A stretch of 64,000 nucleotides of DNA. Source: Raillietiella orientalis. Lineage: Eukaryota. Below the pieces are notes generated by a model that worked only from the letters and a program-made list of their open reading frames with translations, did not search any database and was not told where the DNA came from. The stretch spans positions 2,728,001 through 2,792,000 of the forward strand of contig JAYWIR010000014.1 of the NCBI GenBank assembly GCA_036172245.1. Direction: 5' to 3'. The translations under genes and the position numbers were made by a program. Position 1 is the stretch's first letter; each line of letters starts with the position of its first letter. Positions 12,711 to 25,609 of this stretch are shown here, in pieces.

Positions 12711-15700
12711 CTACGAATGTTAGACTTAATTCAGTGAACTCGGATATGCTTTGAAGACTTGAATATTAAAAAAAAAATAAAAATAAAAATTCTTCGATTG
12801 TGAATAAAACATGAAAAGCATTGTTTATAAACCCAGCATTGTGAATGAAGGGCACAGTATCGTGGAAAAATATAAATTATAGCTTAAAAAATGAGACTCA
12901 ACATGAAAAAAGAAAATCATAGCATATTTAACAAGCAGATATTAGACAAGATATCAAGGATAAATGGATTGGTAATGAATGACAAATTGAAATCCCCCTT
13001 AAAGCATCAAACTGAATAGCCAAACCCACAGAACACACATTACAGAAAACAAGCTCTGCAAGTTCCATTTTTTTGAACCTAGAAGTAAAATGAACGCAAA
13101 ACTTCAAACCATCATAAACGCACAACTGATTTAAAGAACGTGGCCTTTCCTTTATATTTAGAAGAGAAAAAAAACTTAGAAAACGGCAGAAGGAGGTAAC
13201 AAGGTTCTCAATCCTGTGCAAAACAAGGAAATACTGAGAATACAAGGAAAAAATTTTTCAGGAAAACACTCAAAGCTGTTATGTGAAATGACAATGTGAA
13301 AACATTTTCGAATCGAATGAAATATCGGGATAGCATGGCACCAAAACTGTGTCATGTTGACTTCCAAGACCTGGCATACATGAAAAAGCCTGAGAGAACC
13401 AAGACACCAGACCAGGGTCATAACTGCACACATGAATAATCACTGTTTCTCTCTATTGGTGGATGTGGATTAGCAGCAGAAATGGAGCCGGTTTGGAGGT
13501 TTCCGGACAAATCTCAAAAGGAAAGAAAGATGGTTGCAATGCTGGATGATTGATTCCGCACATGGAAGAAAAACTTAAACAAGAGGATCCAGTTATTTGA
13601 AATCGCTTTCAGCAGATGTGTTTTACTAATTAAAGAAAAGAAATTCAGAACCGCGATGAAGTTTAAAGATTACAAACGCAAAGTATTCTGTTTGAACTCT
13701 CAACAGAAAGGTCAAGAATTGATGAAATCATTCTGTCAATATTTACAAAAACATCCTTTTCGGAATTTGATAGTTCAGGATATCAGGGAAACATCAATAA
13801 TACAAAAGAAGGAAATCAAATAAAGGAACAAATTTCTGAGGTTCTTCTGCATTGAAAGAAGGAAAAGTGAATAGAAGGAATGAGTGATTTATTGATAAGT
13901 CGAAATCAATAATGCATTCTCTTCACCAGACTGGAACTGTGCTGTAAAACAAATCGGATAATAGAATATCATAGATAGATAGATAATCGAGTACTAGACA
14001 GAGGGTTACATAGTAGAAAATGAGCGCTAATTGATAGATATCGGAAAATATGCAATCGTCAAAAGTGAATGTCGACAGCAAACAAGTACTTACTTGTGTT
14101 TTAGTAAACTTACTAAAGTTTTTGAACTAAATATTACAAAATTATAAATCTGATAGATTTGCACACGGAATGCATGTTCATGTGATCATGTTTGATTTCT
14201 TTGTGTCAATTAGTGAACCTTGCTAAGATCATGGCAGTCTACTGGGTGAAATGGATTCCGATAAGATTCGTTCGCACTGAATACAAAGGTGATTATTGAA
14301 GGCAATGCCAAATACATGCACACCATCAATCAGGATAATCTTCTTTAAATAGCAAGATTAGTTGCTATTTGCTATCATCTTGCTTTTTGAAGAAGTCGCA
14401 ACTAATGTTGCAATTTTCCAGTTTCAAGTAACCATGGAAACCAATCCAGTCCACTCTTGACAATAAGGAATCTACACATCGAGTACCAGGGTCTCGAATA
14501 TTATCAAGAGAAGGTCGGATATGACGAAATTCCAGTCAATGATTGTCTTAAAACGATGAAAAGATTGATATATTAATTTTAAAAAGGATCTGTGTACACC
14601 TTAGAAATGAGTAATGATTAGAGCAATCACTGGAAAATACGTTTTTTTTCCCACAAATGGAGTTTGGTTATTTTTTGTTTGATTTGAATAAATGAACATG
14701 TTAACATCAGCATCATTTAGCAAGAAACTTTCAATATGCAAAAATGAGGCTTTTTCATTTCTTTAAGAGGATCATTTTAGAACTGCAATGCTATCCCATG
14801 TGTATTTCCCAACATATTCAGCGATCTATCCTTGACTCATATGAATGAAACCTTCTTATAGAACAGAAAATCTCAGGCAATAAAAATTGCAAACTTGGAC
14901 AAGGGAATACATACGAACATAAAGATCCTGGAAAAAAAGAAAAAGAAAAATCAGGATTCCAAAAACGCAACTTGTAATGAATACTTAAGGTTTGAAGCAT
15001 ATGTTTTAAGGTCGCTTACTTAAGATAGCGTGATTTCAGCTAAAAGATGAAGCACTCCGTAACCGTAACTTCATAAATGTGGAAAGAAGGAACTCATTAT
15101 TTGGCAATGTGTATTTTGATTCCTATTAACTAATACAAAAAAAGGACTCTGGATGACAATACGAAAATGTTGAAATTGCTCAATAATGGAGCAATTTTTA
15201 AATCGGTTTTTATCAGAAAAAGAAAAATAATAATTACAGCTCTGACAAGGAAAGAAGTAACGCAAGGGCTTCCATGTTCTCAAAATGGGATGTGTGGCGA
15301 TGTGCTTCTCGAAATTCCATTGCCCCTTAGAATGCTGACTGAATTTAAGAAAAGCAACTTTCATTTCGAAACTAATAATAGAAACGCACCTATCATCTAT
15401 TTATAAATGAATCTCCAGGATATTAGTCACAGGCAGTGCTGAAGAGAGATTTCAATGTATATAGGTTTGAAAATAAAATATGAATCAGTGGACCATTAAG
15501 GTAGCCATGGGTGATGGCCAAACAAACCTAAAATTTCTGTGAATCGAAAATGTGATTTGCTTATTTGGAACCTTTCATACGGCTTAGTTAAAAAACAAAC
15601 ATCTGCATGAACGTCCATATCGATTTGTGTTTTGCAGCAGGGTTTGAATGTATTAGGTGAGATGGGCGGCTGTAATCCTGTTGTGATATTTAAAATGTGG

Positions 15701-17298
15701 AATCAATTTAATGGAGCTCTCCAGTGAGTCAACGCAGAACAGGAACTAACCTTTTATTTCACGGACACCATAGGCATCAACAAAAATCGATTTGGTTTTA
15801 TGGTTCCGAAGTTTCGTACAGTCAGCAATAACCAAAACTGAAGCAGCCACCATCGCAAACTCAAGAGATACGTCCCTAACATTGCTTTTCCTTTGATTTA
15901 AAAGGCATTCCAAGCCAAGTGTAATCTAGTCTATGTGTTCCTTGATAGGAATTTACAAATTAGTTGTGCTTTTTAGACACACAAAACGGCGATTCCATAA
16001 TCTATTTGAAAGACATCTAATTTTCGTGAATCATGATTCGATGTACTTTCTCTTATCAATTTAGGCCAAAGGACCTGTACTATGCGTCTATCTGAACCAG
16101 TGTAACAGTGTTGTCGATTTATGGAGGCAACCAAAAACCAATGAGGGTGGCACATGTAGAAAACACCTTCAAAAGTGAAACATGCAACGTTATCAGAAAA
16201 GAGCAAACACTTGGTTTCCAGAATTGCAGATCCTTTTTGCCACACTTGTAAATCAAGCACAAAATTTGAAACTAAACATATTTACAACGAAAGGTAGCAT
16301 TAGAACAATTGCATGGAGACAAAGACACGAATAATCTCAAAGAAAATGTAACAATACTGGTTCAGTTGAAGATTAGAATGGTTTCAATTTGACTGGCATA
16401 AGGACATGAAAATTTCAATTAAATACAAAACGATCGCGCGTATTCTTATCAAATACAAATACATTTATCTGGTAAGATTCCCAAGATATGAAGTCCTCTA
16501 TAGTTAACAACTTAAATCTGCAGTTCAACTAGCTCAAAGGGAAAAATTCTTTACATCCTTATCAGTACAGTATACAGTGCTACTATTGATTCTTGTTCCA
16601 ACTGCTTTTCGATGATTCTAAATTGACTTGAGCTGATTGTTATTTTCTATGTGCATGAGATGCAAATTTTTGAAAAGATCAAAACATCCCTGGGTTACAA
16701 ACCTGGGGTTACCCTGGTGCATGATGAATCTCATTGGTTTTTCACTTGAATTGCAAAATGTGTGCACCACTTACACATGAACAAAACTTGCAGAATTTGC
16801 TGGTTGGTTTGGTTTAAATTAATGCCAGTGTCACAAAATAAATGGTCATTCCTTCAGCCAATAACATTGTAGAAGTGTGGTTTGGAAGATGCTCTATCAT
16901 ACACACTGCAAATTCTCGAAATAATTGTCAATGTAATTAACGTCAGTATAATCAAAATGAAAGTATATTAACCAATTCACATAAAGGTACACAATAGAGC
17001 CCTCCTTGAATATCATGAAAAGGCCATACATTGGTGCAAAAGCCTAACTTCAATGCAGACATGCATCATATGAGGCAGTATATGTATATATGTTTTTGTT
17101 TTTCCTAAAATTGAAACAATCTCTCTTTCACTAAACTATTGGGTAAATTAATTTGGGTACATGAGAACCTTTTTGTTTTGTTTTTCAAAAGGCACTTCCA
17201 AAAACCCATTTCAGCATTATAATAAACATTACACTATTTAGGCAGCTTGTCCAACATTTGCATATGAGACAAGGACCACAAACAAACCAGCTTGTGGA

Positions 17299-19012
17299 TT
17301 ATTGGGCTCGCTCAAAAAGTAAGACTAATTCACAGTGAGGTGTATGAGGAAACATGTCAACAGGAATAGCTAACTGAGGAACAAAAGGAGGAACTGAAGA
17401 AGACTGTCCTTTGCGCCAAGAACATAACTGCAAAAAATTCTGAAAACACAATCCTGAAGGATTGCAAGAAATGTAAACAAGGCGATCAATGGATGCACAG
17501 TGCTTCAGACTATTAATTGTAGATGAATCTGAGGAGGAAAACAGAACATTAAACTTAACAGAAATAATCATACTTAGTCCTCCTCGGCCAGGATTGACCA
17601 TAGCCACCACATCCATATTTGATTCCACTTTATCCATAATGGCTGGCAAAACCTACAAAAATTACCACAATCAAAAAAGCCTGCAGGGCATGGAATCAAT
17701 TTACAAAGCACATTAAATGAAAAGCAAAATACAAAAATAGCATTCATATTAATGGAGTTTAACAGTTAATTGACTAGCAAGCATCCAGTACATGACTAAA
17801 ATCCACCTTTTCAGCTGATCCAGCATAAAAGTTTACATTAGTTAACCCATTTAGCTGACAATTGAATTTTGCATCTCGAACAGCATTTGGTACCATATCC
17901 AGACCAATTGTTTTTTGTACATAGGTTGACATAATAGCACTCAGAATTCCTGAAAACATATTCAAATATTTGTGCATACACCAAGTTCACCTGTGCCACA
18001 GCAGACATCTAGCACCATGGAATAATTATTGACCATGCTAATTTCTTGGATGGTTCGATACAAAACTTCAGCAGCAAAAGGATTTGTCTGAAAGAAGGAG
18101 TCAGGAGAAATACGGAATGTAAGATCCAAAAGATCTTCATACAGATATGGATCACCAATCAGTACTTCAAATGGTGCCACCTCATGAGTACAACGGCTAT
18201 GACAACTAAGAAAATTCAAAAAAGGAATTCTGCACAATTCGATGCCTCACAATACCATGCCTGGAAAACCAATGATGTCACATTACAGGAACTTCCTTCT
18301 CCATTTAGAAAAAACTCCTTGATTTTCATTTTTTCATCATTCAATTCTGTAGAACTTAATTTTTGAGGATGCATGATAACAATAACCATAATATCTCCCT
18401 TGTTATTGGATCTAACAGTAAGACCACGCCAATGACCTCCTCGTTGAAAATCTTCACAAGCTTCAAGAGGTGAGGACCAAAGGTATTTTTGAAAAGCCTT
18501 AATGATTCTTTATGAAGCAAGTAATGATTAAATGATTTAATACTTTGGCCACTGTCTTGTGAGATTCTCTTATGTTGATTAACTGATCAGGGGGCACACA
18601 CACAGCACCATCTGTGGCCACACTGCCAACAAACAAACCAACTACTTTGGGTACATTTCCTACACCCCTACGTATACTGAATTCATCTTTGTTGCGGTAG
18701 TATTCAGTCACAGGCTGCCAAGTATATTGTAAATATCAGCTTTACTCTTTAATAAGCCAATACTTACAGAAGGACGGACAGACTCCACAGGACAGGCGAG
18801 TCCACTTGCCTGTTTCCTGAAGTGGGACCCATTTTTCAAAAGTTTTGATCCCATAGTTTTCATTAGTGTTTTGATATGGACAAGCTTCACAGAAAGCTGT
18901 TTATTGTATGGAATTCCATAATAAGGAGTCACAACTTCTGCTAGTTTCTGATACTGATTGATTTCATTTATTGGTTCTTCTGACTGGAATTCAAATGCAG
19001 ATACAATGGTTC
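17299..19012 (-). CDS. TRMT2B: tRNA/rRNA (uracil-5-)-methyltransferase, TRMT2B-like; 5' end not resolved
   Basis: Phase-consistent GT-AG exons: 19012-18768, 18714-18544, 18497-18256, 18205-17991, 17949-17807, 17652-17574, 17528-17299. Motifs: VTPYYGIPYNKQL, YYRNKDEFSI, GGHWRGLTVR, FRISPDSFFQTN, LDVCCGTG (SAM binding), VNPGRGGL (NP as in TRMT2B rather than DPPR), LVYISCNP (catalytic Cys), VDMFPHTPHCE. Further small upstream exons are likely but not confidently placed. The paralogue (A vs B) assignment is inference. Confidence 0.9.
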
Positions 19013-20147
19013 CTATATAACTTTACAGTTTCTTTGAAACCAGGAAAACTAACTTATCTCCCAACGATTTATTTTAAAAGAATGTATACTTTCTCTACGA
19101 AATCAGTTCTCATTTTGGTTATTAGAAAACAAACTAAGTTTCTGGACATTGGCTATGTGCACCAACGTACGTAAATGATTTACTTCAATAAATGTGTTAC
19201 TTACCGATCCATGATCAAATGCAAAAGCTTGCTCTTGTATCCTACAATGTAAAATAATCGTTAAGGAAACAGTATCTCAAGTGTGAAGTCTGCATTCAAG
19301 CAAGAACTGTTAACAATTTACTAGAACTTGAACTCTAATCCCATCAATCATTATTATGAAAATATATACCTGTGTTGCTCATATGATGAACAGTTACGAA
19401 AGCCGTGCAAAAATCTGTGCAAACATAAATTAGTCCAAGAGCTTTGAAATTTGCAGCGTGATAATTTCATATTCCTGCGATCTTTTGTGCTACATTTGAG
19501 TTTTTATCAGTTTTCATAACACAATGAAGAAAAAATCTAAAATCCTACATTTTGAAATAATTTGCAAAATTAACATACTTTCGGGGTGAATACATATCCT
19601 ATGGTACTCTTTTACCGCATATTTTTCAATCTCAGAATTGGATTTGAATTATGCACATACTGTGCACTTTGCACGTGAATCACCCCGTGTTCACATGACT
19701 ACAAACTTAAGCATGAGACCTTTTGTTTTTTTCGAAAGAATCAGAAACTGGATTAGACTACATGATTATTCGGAAATGTCAAAGTACAGCTGGAAAAGCT
19801 AAAGTGAAAAAATGAAATCAAAACCTATCAAAACTTAAAGAGAAGCGATAAAATCAAGGTGCTCTGCTAACACTAAGATTTCGGTTGAACCTTATTGAAT
19901 AAGCATGAAACTACTATGGATTCTTGAGATGAGATTCGGTTTGCTCAAGTATTCCATTTCCACTTTGTCAATAAGTTTATAAACAGACAAGCTGAATTGA
20001 GAAAAGCAATGCTGACATAACGAGGAACAGATACAGCAGCAAACTTGATTCGACTTTTTTCTTCCGAAATTAAGACCGAACTTGATATTTTTCATGTGCA
20101 TGACATAAGGAGTAATCTTTCTCTTTTTTCGTCTGCCCGTTTTAGTC

Positions 20148-22035
20148 TTTGCTCGTATTCGCCGGAGCTCTCGATTCATTGTAAAAGATGAATATTTGGA
20201 ATAAGCAGTCACCATTACTGTTTCTCGGTAGCTGGGTTCAGATTCCGCTATGTCGATGGAAGCCTGGGAAGCATTTCCGTTTGCAAGCACCTTGCCGGAA
20301 AAGGTTCCCATTTAAGAATTGGGGAGCAGGGGTAAACGGAGCACACACACAAAAGGATCAATTGAACAAAGGAAAAAGTATATAAAAATTTGGAATAAAA
20401 ATGGGGGGTGAGCCATCGGTTTCGCCCTGTCGTCTTATCCTCCTTTCCAGGATGTCGGCAACTTCCTTTTTTAATTGTTGGATCCCTTTTTTTCCTTCTT
20501 AGTGTAATCCTGATGAAGATCACAATCGGCAAAGCATCTCTGGATTGTTCGTTTCTTTCGCTCTGGTTTCTTGCTGCTAGGGTTCCACAGAAGCAGCACA
20601 AAGCTGCCTCAGTCGCCTTGTGCTGCTTCTGTGTAGGATTTTCACCCGGGTGAGCCGGGGCTTTTATTATTAAATGTTTTACAAAGAAAAAATTCTATAA
20701 TAAAGTCTTTTTTCTTGTCACTCTAATTTTATTTTTTTTTTCAGTCGGAGCACACGTTCCAACTGTCTTGGGGCACTTGTCCTTACCGACCCGCTGGCCG
20801 GTAGGGTCCTCTTCACTGGCGCGGGGGTGGGAAAAACAGAAAAAAAACACAAAAAAGAAAAACGCCTGGGGGAAAGTGTTTTGGGAGGGGAGGGAAGGGC
20901 AGGGATCACGGTACGCCGTGAGGAGGCCTCTGCATCCGGGTTTGGATGCGAACAAGTGCCGGCAAATGTTCGTTAAGTCGGCGCCAACGGGAAGCCTTCT
21001 GCAAAGAGATGGTTGCCCAGTGGATGACATTCCGACTTCTTTGTCCTCTCCTGGTTGCGGTCCACTTGTCCAAAATTCCGCGTATGCAACAGAGCACTGC
21101 TACACACGTGGGAGCTGGCATGGTGTCCCGCAACAGGAGGCGTCTAAAAATGTCTTTTGGGTCGCCAACCGGAATGTTCAGGATCGACGAGAGTCGATCC
21201 CACATCTGGAGGAGGGCAACACACTCGATGATTAAGTGGGGGAGGTCTCCCTTTCCCCGCACTCGTGCAACTGGCATCCATTCTCCCTGAGGTCCAGTGA
21301 GAAAGGTGTGCTCTGCTTAAAAGTCCCCAATGGAGCAGAAGCAACGCCGTCTCCTGCCAATCCAAAGGGAGGGTGCCACTGTCCCAAGACGCCGGGGGCC
21401 ACTTCACCTCCTCCGGAGGCATACCGAGCAGCTCGCCCCAGCGCACAATTCTATTTTGCGGGACACTCGGGGTTGTAGCGCCCGCTAGTTCCCGGGACGT
21501 CCCCGCCTTCATCAGTTTTTTCCTGCCTCCGATGAGGCTGTGTAGGAACGTCGCCTCAGGCGACATTTTACCACGCGTAAAGAGGTGTCCGAGCACGCGC
21601 TTCACGTAGTCCTTGAAAGTTGGAGAGCCTCTGCAAAACATCCCCATACACTCCGCACTCGAATACCAGGTGTGGAAAGGTTTCCCGTTCGCCGCACCTG
21701 GCACGATCCGGAGCCACCCTTCCTCTGCTCCAGTAGTGGCGATGTGCGTTCCATGGGACAGCCCAATGCAACAGTTGCAAGCCGAGTCTTGCCACTTCAG
21801 GGAAAGCACGGAGCTCTTCATGAATACTGCTGAGATCGCCACTACGCCCATAGGGATTTCTTCCCAGTGAAGAAGACCTTTGATATGAACTGAGGAGGTG
21901 GATTCGTCAGCTGGTTGACGAGCCGTCCAACATCCCAACAGTTTTTTCTTTGCGATTTCTCAGATCACCTCCTAGCTTGCCGATTGGCCACTGGTCACGT
22001 GCGCCTGCTTCAGTGTAACCTGCTCATTATTACAA
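20148..22035 (-). mobile_element. Older L1/Tx1-like non-LTR copy 'A2' (3' part of ORF2 and 3' UTR), interrupted by copy A
   Basis: Minus-strand LQLLHWAVPWNAHRHYWSRG...RCGERETFPHLVFEC (CCHC zf-RVT-like) at 21620-21800. It continues across insert A into LCCFCGTLAA...KEVADILERR at 20440-20610, then a T-rich UTR and a degenerate terminal hairpin near 20150-20170. Confidence 0.7.
20639..21537 (-). mobile_element. 5'-truncated L1/Tx1-like retrotransposon copy 'A' with 10-bp TSD
   Basis: LPLDWQETALLLLHWGL...CGERETSPHLIIEC C-terminal zinc-finger region. The 3' end is AATAAAAGCCCCGGCTCACCCGGGTGAAAA. Perfect TSD CTGTGTAGGA at 20629-20638 and 21538-21547. Confidence 0.85.
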
Positions 22036-23701
22036 AATTTGCAATAAGCATTTATGTGATTAAGATTTCTGGAGTTAGTTTCTCTGGAATTTCTACTTGT
22101 TTGTATGATCACCAACGTCCTTTGTGCAAGTCTAGTTTATGTTTCGTTTCCTTGCATTATCTTCGTTTCGTGACGGATAGTGCTGAATTGAGTGTTGCCA
22201 AGATATATTATCGCTAGTACTCTTTGAATTCTACACAATTTTGCTTACGGCACCGTGTTCTGTGTACTATATTCTTCCTTTTTCTCTCTTCCAAATTAAT
22301 AATTGTGAGATCTTTTTTTCATTTTGCAATTTCCTATGCTCCATGATACAATGGTTATATTATGGAATTTGAAAGAAAAAAAAAAAATCCCAAACTCTAG
22401 CGGCTTGCTATCGTTTGAAATGTTTTATGAGTATGTTTTTCAGTAGGAGATGATGGGTACCGAAACTGAATCTTCTCTTTAGAAATCTTGGTAAATCTTG
22501 GAAACACATCTTTGTTTTATTTCTATATAGAGCTTAATTTCTTGGAAATTTGACAAAACATCAGCTTTTTTAAAATGTAAGTACTTGACACAAAAAATGA
22601 AAAAAAAAATGGAAATTAAGGGCTTTTCTAATGTGGAAAAAGGAGCATTTAAAAATTCCCATTAGAGTTTTCAGGAGATTACTTAAGTTTACTAAATTCA
22701 GAATGTCATCACTCAATTAATTTTTTTTTTCTTAAAGATATGTGTACGTTTATTAATTTTAGCGCACAAAACTTTTAGAGTACTAGCTCCAAGTCAATTT
22801 CTAGGGAAAGAATGGATTGTAATGGACTCAAAGCTTCTAATCAATTTTTTATTGCTGTTCTCCTCTATTTGTGCTTCTTTTGCATTCATGGTTGATTTGG
22901 TAATCTGACATCCTGTAAATAACATTTTTAATCCTTGGCATCGTTTTTGTGAATCACCATATCTTTGACATTGCAGATCCCGTCCCTGGATGTCATCATT
23001 TATTCAGCATAAACTTGGATTTCCTCTAGAATATCAATTATGACCGCATTATGATTTGGGGTAAGGAGCTTTGCGTGTAGTTCTGTTGGTCAGTTAGTCT
23101 ACATGTTTCTCCTGTTTTTAGTAGAATATTAATCATTTTCAAAATACCGATATTCCTGTTTTATTTTCAAAGTCGAGACCTACAATTGTACAGATAAAAG
23201 GGGGGACTCTTCCTCATCTTCCACTCTTCCTTCCACTTCGTTGAAGTTGTGTCACAAGATATTGGGCTACAATAGGGAAATCCTGTAGGCTGTCTCTCGG
23301 CGACGTCTTTTTCTCCGTCTAAGAGCTGCTCTTCTTCATGGGGATGCCGCAGGTTTTGGGGCATCATCCGGTAATCGTGTCCGGTGAATCTCTCATGCAG
23401 AGAATGCATGAAGCAACCATTGGCTGCCCTCAAGCATTCGCGACACTCGCTGTCGTACAGGTCGGCCTTTCCCGAACTTTTCCTGTGGCGGAACACTTGC
23501 ACAGATCCTGAAATCTTAACGGAATACCTTGGTTATTTGACAGGGTAGGCAGGTATTAATAACAAATAAATCAAGCAAGCAAACAGAAGAGTTATGAAAA
23601 CAAAACGAACATTTATTCTCAAATTTTAATTATGTAAAACAAAGCACATGAAAATAGTAAAGAAAACTGAATAGCGTTTAAAGTATATTACTTTTCGTAA
23701 T

Positions 23702-23753
23702 TTTTCACGGAACACTTATTGTCTTTCCGCGGAACACAGTTTGGGAAACGCTG
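23702..23753 (-). mobile_element. Orphan hAT (Charlie/Buster-type) transposon terminus
   Basis: Reverse complement reads CAGCGTTTCCCAAACTGTGTTCCGCGGAAAGACAATAAGTGTTCCGTGAAAA, matching the CAGYGNTTCCCAAACTGTG-type terminus with repeated TTCCGCGG/TTCCGTG subterminal motifs of Charlie-family elements. The partner end was not found. Confidence 0.55.
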
Positions 23754-24520
23754 ATATCAGTCATAGGTTAAAAAAAAAAAAATTATGAAATATCTGATCG
23801 CTCACGATGCACTATCGTGCTCTTCCTTCCTCCCCCCTCTCTCCCACCGAAAATTAACTTGCCGAAAATTTCATGATTTCATTCAGCCTTTATGCCCACA
23901 ATATTCTAAACATAATTTGTAATTGAATCTCCACAGAGTTATGTTTCACACAAGTTTAGAAACCCATCAAATGAATTTTCGGTATAGACGCGTTTCCAAA
24001 GTTCCAATTTAGCTACTCTAATTGAGTTCCTAGTAGAAAGATTTCTCTTTCGGTTGGAAAACCAATATGAGGAGAAAGCGCCCGCGTGAGACGAGCGAAG
24101 TAGAAACAGTCATTGACGTGGTCGAACGATTGGAGATTACTGTGGACGAGTTGGATGAAGTCCAGAATCCAACCCGGTCAGGGTAAGCTCTTCAGAAAGT
24201 GGTCAAGGTCCACCCAAGTCTCACTCAAAACATCATTGATGATCAGGAGAGGAAGGAGGTGGAGGGCTATCATTACAAAAGACTTGCTTCTGTCCCCGAG
24301 AAGGAAAGGAGAGATCATTGTTCCAAGAGACTTGATGCCAAGCGTACGTAGGGCCGCAAGGGAGGAGCCCAGCTCACGGAGGGGCCTTCCGTGTCACCAC
24401 AGCATGGATCAGGGTCGAGAACAGTATGTTAACGGATGAAACCGTATGTTAACGGAGGCATCAAACAACAGGGGTGACTGTCATCAACTTTTCACTGTCC
24501 AGAATACTCTCAGGGGATGG

Positions 24521-24959
24521 TTTTTCACCCGGTATCGCCGGAGCATGTATTATCGAAGTAATAAGCGTTCATTTTTTGTGACGGAACACATGGCCCCACC
24601 ACGTCCTAAAGGAAAGGGAGGGGGACACTTTCCGAACTCTCCAATTTTCCGGTACGCAGACCGGGGAGGTCCGTTTTGGCAGCAAAGGGGGAGGACCGAA
24701 AACAAAAATAAACAAACACAAAAAAAGGACGGGAAAGTTTCCTTCGGAGGGGGAGGAAGGTTGAGGAAGAGATCTTGGACAAACATCCTCTGCATCCTGA
24801 CCAGGATGCTGGCAAGTTCGTTCCTGATGTTGCCTAGGTGGGGCCATCTCGAGGAGCTCCTCAAAAAGATTCTAGACCAGCGGACTGCGTCCCTGCCATT
24901 CTGGCCCCTTCTTGCGGCGTTCCAGGCTGCCATGATCCCGCGAAGGCAGCAGAGGAATG
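24521..24959 (-). mobile_element. 5'-truncated L1/Tx1-like copy 'E'
   Basis: LCCLRGIMAAWNAARRGQNGRDAVRWSRIFLRSSSRWPHLG (ORF2 C-terminus), T-rich UTR, and 3' end AATACATGCTCCGGCGATACCGGGTGAAAAA. Flanked by imperfect target repeats CTCAGGGGATGG (24509-24520) and CTCAAAAGGATGG (24960-24972). Confidence 0.8.
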
Positions 24960-24972
24960 CTCAAAAGGATGG

Positions 24973-25609
24973 TTTATCACCCGGATTTGCCGAGATATTT
25001 ATTATAAAATTATAATACAAGTCGAGATTTTTTACAATAATGTGGCAGAACACTTGGTTCTACCAGGGGCGAAAAACTCGTCGCAACCGGTACACAGACC
25101 TCTGAGGTCCGCTGCCGCGGCGAAGGGGGAAAAGAAACCAAAAACAAACAAACACAAAACAAAAAAGGGAGGAGAAGATGTTGGAGAAAGGAGGGTGGAC
25201 AAGGGATCGTAATACGCCGGGTGACGTCCTTTTCATCCTGTCCAGAATGCCGACAAGTTCTGTAGATCTATTTCCCAGGAGGGGCCATCTGAAGGAAGTC
25301 TTCAAAAAGATCCGCACCCAGTAAATGACGTCCCTGATGTTCTGGCCTCTTCTCTCCGCATTCCAGGCTGCCACGATTCCGCGGATGCAGCAGAGAACTG
25401 CTAAGGACGCGGCTGGCGGCAGAGCGGCATGCATGAAGAGCCGCCGAAACAAGTCCCTTCGATCGCCTCCCGGAGTTACTAGGACCGTCAAGAAACGATC
25501 CCAAAGGAGTCAGAGGGTGGCACAGTCCAACAGAAGGTGCGAAAATGCCTAGTTTTCTCCGCACCTTCCACAACGGGCAACCACACTCCCCCGTGTCCAG
25601 TGATGATAA
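24973..25609 (-). mobile_element. 5'-truncated L1/Tx1-like copy 'F', tandem with E
   Basis: HHWTRG...CGREN..HLLLDC...AVLCCIRGIVAAWNAERRGQNIRDVIYWVRIFLKTSFRWP, with 3' end AATAAATATCTCGGCAAATCCGGGTGATAAA. Flanked by TCAAAAGGATGG (24961-24972) and TCAAAGGATGG (25610-25620). Confidence 0.8.

Noticed and set aside
14230..14345. LCIQCERILSESISPSRL on the minus strand, resembling a hAT BED-finger segment
   Set aside because: Single short match with no supporting downstream motifs.
15100..15600. Possible ribosomal protein S4 retropseudogene (VFIRKR...ALTRKEVT, TIKV...G)
   Set aside because: Similarity is too sparse for such a conserved protein; a tBLASTn hit would be needed.
23167..23510. 111-aa minus-strand ORF behind an AG acceptor
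   Set aside because: No recognisable homology or partner exons.
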